The notes beneath the pieces were generated by a model that worked only from the letters and a program-made list of their open reading frames with translations, was not told where the DNA came from and made no database searches. The position numbers were made by a program, and so were the translations under genes. Below, piece after piece: positions 1-4,633 of a stretch of 4,633 bases of DNA; position 1 is the first letter of the stretch, and the number at the start of each line of letters is the position of its first letter. The DNA is taken from IMG/VR virus record IMGVR_UViG_2667527914_000002, one strand, 5' to 3'. Source of the stretch: a virus (Duplodnaviria > Heunggongvirae > Uroviricota > Caudoviricetes).

Positions 1-82
1 CGAGGTAATCCCCCAGAGAAGTCAGTGGGTTACGCAGAGAATCGTAACGGGATACCAGATCAAGAGCCTGTCCAATGTGCAT
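1..82 (-). CDS. insG: IS4 transposase, N-terminal 27 codons only (rest of gene lies beyond window start)
   Basis: ATG at 82-80 (minus) followed by MHIGQALDLVSRYDSLRNPLTSLGDYL, open to the window edge. This matches my recollection of the E. coli IS4 transposase InsG N-terminus. Absent from the ORF track because it is truncated by the window. Confidence 0.75.
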   Translation of the reverse strand, partial: MHIGQALDLVSRYDSLRNPLTSLGDYL

Positions 83-116
83 AAAAAAATCCGGAAACAA
101 GTGAGCGTTTCCGGAT
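83..116 (-). terminator. Intrinsic-terminator-like hairpin plus T-tract inside the IS4 end, immediately upstream of the transposase ATG
   Basis: Perfect 10-bp stem (plus-strand 89-98 atccggaaac and 107-116 gtttccggat) with an 8-nt loop. On the minus strand it is followed by TTTTTTT (89-83) and then the transposase ATG at 82. Confidence 0.5.
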
Positions 117-148
117 TCTTACACAGCCACTGGATCGGTCAACTGATC

Positions 149-166
149 CTTAACTGATCGGCATTA
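149..166. repeat. IS4 terminal inverted repeat (outer end at 166)
   Basis: 18 bp TAATGCCGATCAGTTAAG on the minus strand at the element boundary. Three GATC sites cluster at 133-136, 145-148 and 156-159 in and next to the repeat. Confidence 0.65.
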
Positions 167-1306
167 CACCACCGGGACGCGGATTCATATCTTCCAGGTC
201 GCGGCAGTCATTGGAAGAGTAAATTCCCCAGTTGATCCCGGTGGCGTAGGCTTCAAAACGGGACTTCATATCCCCGCGCAGTAACGCCCCGGCGTTAAAT
301 TTGGCGTAATAAACGCCCTGCTTACTTTTTCGTACCAGTCCGGTGTTGATCCGCTGTTCGATGCGGGTCAGATACGGCACCAGTGAATAGTTGATAAATC
401 CCAGCCCCAGCTCTTCGATATTGTTGAAGGTGGCGCGATCGGTGTTCTGCACCATGTGCAACGGCACCCGGAACAGACGACAGATTTCTTCCAGCTGAAA
501 CTTGCGGGTTTCCAGGAACTGACTGTCCTCGGCGTTCAGCGCCATCGACTTCCAGTCCAGCCCCATTTCCAGAATCATCGGGCGGTGAGCATTGCCAAGC
601 CCCGTGTGACACTCCTCAAAATCTTTCTTCAGACGCTCGTAAGCATCCGGCGTGAGCTTTTGTTCCGTACGCAACACACCGGATGTCACCGCACCATTAC
701 TAAACAACCTGGCACCGTGCTCCTCGGTTGCCGCTGCCAGTGAAATGGCCTCACGCGCATACGCAATGGGATTCAGCCCGACAAGTCCATCCAGCGTCAG
801 GGTGCGCACATGCCAGATTTCATTCTGGGTCAACACATCCACGGAACCATCCGGAAACGTCACCTGATAAACCGGCTGCCACTGGCTGTTCAGCTTCGGT
901 TCCACACAGCCCGGATCTATCGGAAGAAGCTCCACCACTTCTCCCAGTGCCTTTACCTTGTAGGCGTAAAAATTCCCCCGTAGACACAGGCAGACAATAA
1001 CCAGCTCCCAGAATTCCTGCGGTGTCATGTAGCCATTAGGTTTTGCCGAAACCAACTTATGCAGTCGTTCATCCACCGCCCGTGTTTTCAGGGTACCGCT
1101 GATTTTGTAGAGACTGCAGGGCAGCATACCAACAGACTCTGCCAGCACCCTGACGCAAGAATAGACCGCCGTCAGGCGCATGGCCCGCTGGCTACTGATC
1201 CGCTTTCCGGTATAGGTGTCGTATGACAGCCCGATAGCATCAGCAGTTCTGCTGGCGTGGTCACCGGCACATCGCTTTTTCGTTGAAATAATCCCGAAAA
1301 GAACAC
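150..1306 (-). pseudogene. Phage portal protein, HK97 family; apparently disrupted by an N-terminal frameshift and by IS4 insertion at the 3' end
   Basis: The 415-aa ORF (150..1397) contains portal-like conserved segments (RLTAVYSCVRVLAESVGMLP near the N-terminus, NDCRDLEDMNPRPGG near the C-terminus). Its frame has no credible start after the upstream ORF's stop. A GTG at 1306-1304 with GGAGGT 5 nt upstream opens a different frame encoding a portal-like N-terminus ([22 protein letters not shown]...) that stops at 1172. The last 5 codons (VMPIS) and stop at 150-152 are encoded by IS4 sequence. Confidence 0.75.
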
Positions 1307-1488
1307 TATTTACCTCCGCCGACAGACTGCCGTGTACGGTCGAGATATCGCGCCACCAGCCACGACCAGAACAGGCACAGCGCCCCGGCAACAACAAAAC
1401 CCGCCGGGGGATAAATCAGCCAGGCACCATACGCCAGCAAAAGCGCACCCAGCACGCCCACCAGAGGCGCGAGAATCAGCATGATCAT
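1306..1488 (-). CDS. Hypothetical small membrane protein (60 aa, two predicted transmembrane helices)
   Basis: ATG at 1488-1486 with GAGGT 5 nt upstream, starting 11 nt after the TerL stop. Its stop TAG (1308-1306) overlaps the portal GTG start (TAGTG). Sequence [60 protein letters not shown] has two hydrophobic stretches and a basic C-terminal tail. No homolog recognised. Confidence 0.55.
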   Translation of the reverse strand: MIMLILAPLVGVLGALLLAYGAWLIYPPAGFVVAGALCLFWSWLVARYLDRTRQSVGGGK

Positions 1489-1499
1489 AATTACCTCAG

Positions 1500-3233
1500 T
1501 TAAAGCGAGCGGATCCCGTAGGACTCAATGTGGTCAGACAGCGTGTCTTCTTTCTCGTACAGCATGGCTCTGCCAACCGCCATAATCAGCGCAACTGCAC
1601 CATCGATTTTGTTTTCCGCCTGCTCTTTGACGGGTTTCACCACATCATCGTTACCCGGCATGTTTTTGCCGACCACGTTGCCGATACACCAGGTCATGAT
1701 GGGATTGCCGTCATGATGAAAACGTCCCGATTCAATCGCTGCTTCCAGCTCTTTCATCGGATCGGACATATTGGTGAAGTTCTGGACGATAGTGACGGGA
1801 TTCAGGTCTTCATCAGCAAGGTCATGTGACAACCCGGTCGCCCCGAAGGGGTCGATGGGTGACTCACTGACCGGGCTGATTTTGTTCGCCGCTTTGGCCT
1901 CCTCGAGGATGTAGCGATAATCCACCTCCGCACCATCGGTAACGGTCAGAACGCCCATTTCCACCCATTTCTGAAAGCGTTCGGCTGTCCGTCGATCTTC
2001 ATTTTTCTCGACGCTGTACACCGTGTCATACGGTACCCAGAAACGCGGGGCCACACTGTAGTAATGCGTTTTACCGTCAATCTCGCGGGTATAAAGTCGC
2101 GCCATGCTGTTCATATCCAGCTTACGCGCCAGGTCAAAGGCCAGAATGCACGGCTGCCCCTCGAACTGCTCAAGGGTCAGTGATTTATCCTCGCAGCTCT
2201 GCCAGCTCACCAAGTTGAAATACGCCGAACGCGCCGACACCCAGATATTGAGGTGTTTTGTTTTAAAGACGTTTGCCAGACGGGCGTTATTTTTCGCACG
2301 CTGCTGCTGACTTAACAAAAATTCGCGATAAACCGACACGCCAATATTTGGATTGGCTTTTTCCAGCACCTGCGGGCCGGTCCAGTCGTCACCTTCATCA
2401 ACGGTATAGATGATCCCGAACAGTTCATCGTTAGGCACCGAGCCGTTGAGCATCTCGATGACTTCCCGCCGCTTGTCGTAGCACGGCCCCTCAATGTTGT
2501 ACCCGGCGGTGGTGATGGCCCACATCAGTGGCTGACGTCGCGCCCCCATCCCGGTAAGCATTGTGGTATAAAGCGCATCGGTGGCATGCTCGTGATATTC
2601 ATCAACCACGGCACAGTGGGGTGATGAACCATCACCTGGGTTGCCGATCAGCGGTTCAAACCGCGCGCCATCCTCCGGACGGTTCATGTTTGAGGCGTTA
2701 ACCTCAATCCCGAACGCTTCCGTCAGCATGGGTGTGCGTTTACACATCAGTCGCGCCGGGCGAAAGACTTCCCACGCCTGTTTCTCTGTCGTGGCACCGG
2801 AATACACTTCCGCGCCAAACTCGTTATCACAGGCAAAACAATACAGGGCAACACCGGCAGAGATTGCTGATTTGCCGTTCTTACGGGGGATTTCGGTGTA
2901 CACCTCCCGGAAGCGGCGCAACCGGGTGCCTTTATTGACCCAGCCAAACGCACAGCAGATCACAAATAGCTGCCACGGCTCCAGCGTGATGGGCATCCGT
3001 TTGAATGCCCACTCCCCCTTGGTGTGCGGCAACAGCTGAATAAATTTCGCGGCCCGTTCAGCCAGGTCCTTGTCGAAGCGGTAACGAAACGACTTACTTT
3101 TTTCCGCCATCAGGTCATCAAGATGGCGCTGGCAGGCCTGAATCACAAACTGGCAGGCAACAATCTTTCCGCGCACGACATCCCGGGCATACTGATTTGC
3201 AGCATTTACGTTGGGGTAAGATTTCCGGCTCAT
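1500..3233 (-). CDS. terL: Phage terminase large subunit (577 aa)
   Basis: ATG at 3233, TAA at 1502-1500. N-terminal ATPase domain with a Walker A-like P-loop (IPRKNGKS) and Walker B (CAVVDEYHE). C-terminal nuclease domain with acidic motifs ([22 protein letters not shown]). Size and motif order fit terminase large subunits. Confidence 0.92.
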   Translation of the reverse strand: MSRKSYPNVNAANQYARDVVRGKIVACQFVIQACQRHLDDLMAEKSKSFRYRFDKDLAERAAKFIQLLPHTKGEWAFKRMPITLEPWQLFVICCAFGWVNKGTRLRRFREVYTEIPRKNGKSAISAGVALYCFACDNEFGAEVYSGATTEKQAWEVFRPARLMCKRTPMLTEAFGIEVNASNMNRPEDGARFEPLIGNPGDGSSPHCAVVDEYHEHATDALYTTMLTGMGARRQPLMWAITTAGYNIEGPCYDKRREVIEMLNGSVPNDELFGIIYTVDEGDDWTGPQVLEKANPNIGVSVYREFLLSQQQRAKNNARLANVFKTKHLNIWVSARSAYFNLVSWQSCEDKSLTLEQFEGQPCILAFDLARKLDMNSMARLYTREIDGKTHYYSVAPRFWVPYDTVYSVEKNEDRRTAERFQKWVEMGVLTVTDGAEVDYRYILEEAKAANKISPVSESPIDPFGATGLSHDLADEDLNPVTIVQNFTNMSDPMKELEAAIESGRFHHDGNPIMTWCIGNVVGKNMPGNDDVVKPVKEQAENKIDGAVALIMAVGRAMLYEKEDTLSDHIESYGIRSL

Positions 3234-3724
3234 GATTCGATAATTTTCAGAAACGGGTTAGTGGCTTTCTTCTGCCCCGCCAGGCCAATCAGACGCTGGC
3301 GGCTGCTGGGGTCGAGTCCGAGCATTGCCCCCGTGCTGCTCATCTCGGACTCCTGTTCTTTTTTGGCGGTCAGCTCCGGATTTTTGACCCTGCCGCCCAT
3401 TGCACCGGTGATGGTGTTGCCCTGTATGGCAATATTTTTCACGGCACGTCGCCAGAACTCATAGGCCACGCACCACCGCTCAAGTACCGCCAGGTCAGTC
3501 ACGCACAGCAGGCCCTGACCGCAGAGTTCTTTGGTTGTCAGTTGCCACATGATCGTGGCGAGAGGGAGATCTTCTTCAGCGAACCACTCTGGTGGCTCAA
3601 CACCTTTGATGGGCGTAAAAACAGGTTCATCTTTGTTCAGGGCTCGCTTGCCGGGGTTTCCGGCCAGCGCCTTGCGCGCCGTTGGCTTGGGGCGACGCCC
3701 GGAACGCCCCGCCGTTCCAGCCAT
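3230..3724 (-). CDS. terS: Phage terminase small subunit, P27 family (164 aa from ATG 3724; alternative GTG start at 3733)
   Basis: N-terminus [34 protein letters not shown] matches the P27-family TerS signature as I recall it. AGGAG lies 8 nt upstream of the ATG at 3724. Stop TGA (3232-3230) overlaps the TerL ATG (ATGA). Confidence 0.85.
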   Translation of the reverse strand: MAGTAGRSGRRPKPTARKALAGNPGKRALNKDEPVFTPIKGVEPPEWFAEEDLPLATIMWQLTTKELCGQGLLCVTDLAVLERWCVAYEFWRRAVKNIAIQGNTITGAMGGRVKNPELTAKKEQESEMSSTGAMLGLDPSSRQRLIGLAGQKKATNPFLKIIES

Positions 3725-3763
3725 ATGCGGCACTCCTGGTTAAATTTCATTTTTCGCGGGTAT

Positions 3764-3823
3764 AAAAAAACGATGGGGCGGGCAGTCCGGAAGACGTCAG
3801 GTCACAGGGATTTGCCCCGCCCC
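3764..3823. other. Candidate cos / packaging-recognition region: GC-rich imperfect inverted repeat with adjacent A/T run
   Basis: Arms ggggcgggca (3775-3784) and tgccccgcccc (3813-3823) flank a 28-nt spacer containing the palindromes tccgga and gacgtc. A7 run at 3764-3770. It sits in the HNH-terS intergenic region (3725-3845), where cos lies in HNH-containing HK97-like phages. Confidence 0.35.
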
Positions 3824-3845
3824 TCCCTACAAGTGAGAATAATTA

Positions 3846-4196
3846 TCACCGGATTCGTTCGCGCGCTGTTTTCGCTTTATGGCAGGGCCAGCACAGACTC
3901 TGCAGGTTGCTGTCTGCGTCTGTTCCGCCATGCGCTTTCGGGATGATGTGGTCGACGGTTTTCGCCTCGCTCACCACACCGACACGCAGACACAACTGAC
4001 ACAGACCTTTATCGCGCTTCAGAATACGGGCACGAATCACCGTCCATTTTGAGCCATAGCCACGCTGGTGGCGGCTCAGTCCGCGCTGGTGCTGCACCCA
4101 GCCTTCACCGCGATGTTTATCGCAGTAACCCGAACTGTCTGTGGTTGTACCTGCACATCCACGCTTACGGCAGGCACGTGGGATTAGTGATGGCAT
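3846..4196 (-). CDS. HNH endonuclease, phage packaging-associated (116 aa)
   Basis: ATG at 4196 with GAGGT 4 nt upstream. Cys-rich N-terminus (CRKRGCAG...GYCDKH), HNH-type motif VDHIIPKAHGG, then N...CWPCH. Position immediately upstream of terS is typical for cos-phage HNH proteins. Confidence 0.88.
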   Translation of the reverse strand: MPSLIPRACRKRGCAGTTTDSSGYCDKHRGEGWVQHQRGLSRHQRGYGSKWTVIRARILKRDKGLCQLCLRVGVVSEAKTVDHIIPKAHGGTDADSNLQSLCWPCHKAKTARERIR

Positions 4197-4238
4197 AAAT
4201 ACCTCATACCCTGCGAAATGTTTACCACGATAAAAAGG

Positions 4239-4633
4239 CTACTTAATGCACTGAGTGCGGATATACTCCTGTGCCCCTTCCAGTTGCATCTGCATCGTCA
4301 TCAGCCGCTCTCTGAGGGTGAAATAATCCCGTTCAGCGGTGTCTGCCAGTCGGGGGCTGGTTGCATTATCCACGCCGGAGGCGGTGGTGGCTTCACGCAC
4401 TGACTGACAGACTGCTTTGATGTGCAACCGACGACGACCAGCGGCAACATCAGCGCGCAGAGTTTCATTTTCAGCTTTCGCATCAGCTAACTCCTTCGTG
4501 TATTTAGCATCGAGTGCATTAACATCACGCTGTCTCTGCTGCATGTCAGTAATGGTTGCGTTCGCCAGCTTCAGTTCTCTTGCGTTTTTGTCGCGCTGCT
4601 CTTTGTAGGTAATGGCGTTATCACGGTAATGAT
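4239..4633 (-). CDS. Rz: Rz i-spanin (inner-membrane spanin subunit), 5'-partial; start lies beyond the window end
   Basis: Frame is open to the window edge. Translation [110 protein letters not shown]... is near-identical to phage lambda Rz as I recall it. Stop TAG at 4241-4239. Confidence 0.93.
   Translation of the reverse strand, partial: HYRDNAITYKEQRDKNARELKLANATITDMQQRQRDVNALDAKYTKELADAKAENETLRADVAAGRRRLHIKAVCQSVREATTASGVDNATSPRLADTAERDYFTLRERLMTMQMQLEGAQEYIRTQCIK
4301..4483 (-). CDS. Rz1: Rz1 o-spanin (outer-membrane lipoprotein spanin subunit), embedded out of frame within Rz
   Basis: ATG at 4483 with AGGAG 7 nt upstream. [60 protein letters not shown] has a lipobox (VVGC, Cys20) and a proline-rich mature part, near-identical to lambda Rz1. 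Wholly inside Rz in a different frame. Confidence 0.93.
   Translation of the reverse strand: MRKLKMKLCALMLPLVVVGCTSKQSVSQCVKPPPPPAWIMQPAPDWQTPLNGIISPSESG

Larger units (their letters stand above)
1..166 (-). mobile_element. IS4 insertion sequence, left end (partial; element continues beyond window start)
   Basis: Minus strand from 166 reads TAATGCCGATCAGTTAAGGATCAGTTGACCGATCCAG..., which I recognise from memory as the IS4 terminus. A transposase ORF starts 84 nt inside, and the flanking phage portal frame is open across the 166/167 junction and stops 5 codons into this sequence. Not database-verified. Confidence 0.8.

Noticed and set aside
1172-1306. Programmed -1 ribosomal frameshift in the portal N-terminus
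   Set aside because: No slippery heptamer (X XXY YYZ) or obvious downstream stimulatory structure in the overlap, so a mutation or sequencing indel is the simpler explanation.
150-1397. The full 415-aa ORF with TTG start at 1397 as the real portal CDS
   Set aside because: Its first 30 codons lie entirely inside the well-supported 60-aa ORF in another frame, carry no RBS, and show no portal-like sequence. The credible start is GTG 1306 in a different frame.
322-2953. Minus-strand out-of-frame ORFs embedded in portal and TerL (322..612, 2312..2494, 2747..2953)
   Set aside because: Alternative frames of real genes with no recognisable homology or RBS. The one embedded-gene case with real support in this window is Rz1.
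3764-3823. Simple Rho-independent terminator after the HNH gene
   Set aside because: The stem is GC-rich and followed by T7 on the coding strand, but the 28-nt loop is far longer than in canonical intrinsic terminators. It is kept as part of the cos-candidate region instead.
456-4608. Plus-strand ORFs from the six-frame track (456..743, 652..867, 728..1000, 1216..1503, 1528..1716, 1530..1829, 2104..2310, 2641..3039, 2732..2938, 3024..3464, 3531..3743, 3542..3946, 4218..4403, 4417..4608)
   Set aside because: All lie antisense to strongly supported minus-strand genes and have low-complexity, Arg/Ser/Pro-rich translations typical of GC-rich antisense frames. No recognisable motifs or translation signals.
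3725-4633. Capsid-forming PICI (phage satellite) rather than a prophage, given the HNH-TerS-TerL-portal order
   Set aside because: The same order is standard in HK97-like cos phages, and a lambda-type Rz/Rz1 lysis cassette sits immediately upstream in the same operon, which points to a phage late region. It cannot be fully excluded without the integrase/replication end of the element.
1-4633. CRISPR arrays, tRNA/rRNA genes, tandem repeats
   Set aside because: No spaced direct repeats, no tRNA-like cloverleaf candidates and no tandem repeat tracts were seen on reading the sequence. The window is almost entirely protein-coding.

Overview
This window is the late (lysis-to-packaging) region of a lambdoid prophage from an enterobacterial host, with every supported gene on the minus strand. 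Reading in the direction of transcription (high to low coordinates): lambda-type spanins Rz (5' end beyond the window) with embedded Rz1, a packaging-associated HNH endonuclease, a 121-bp GC-rich intergenic region that is the best cos candidate, TerS (P27 family), TerL, a tightly packed 60-aa two-helix membrane ORF of unknown function, and an HK97-family portal gene. The portal looks inactivated twice: its N-terminus sits in a different frame from the conserved body, and its 3' end runs straight into the left end of an IS4 insertion sequence (positions 1-166, transposase start at 82). The likely reading is a defective prophage with intact lysis and terminase genes but a broken portal. All homology calls are from reading the six-frame translations and recalling family motifs; no database search was run.
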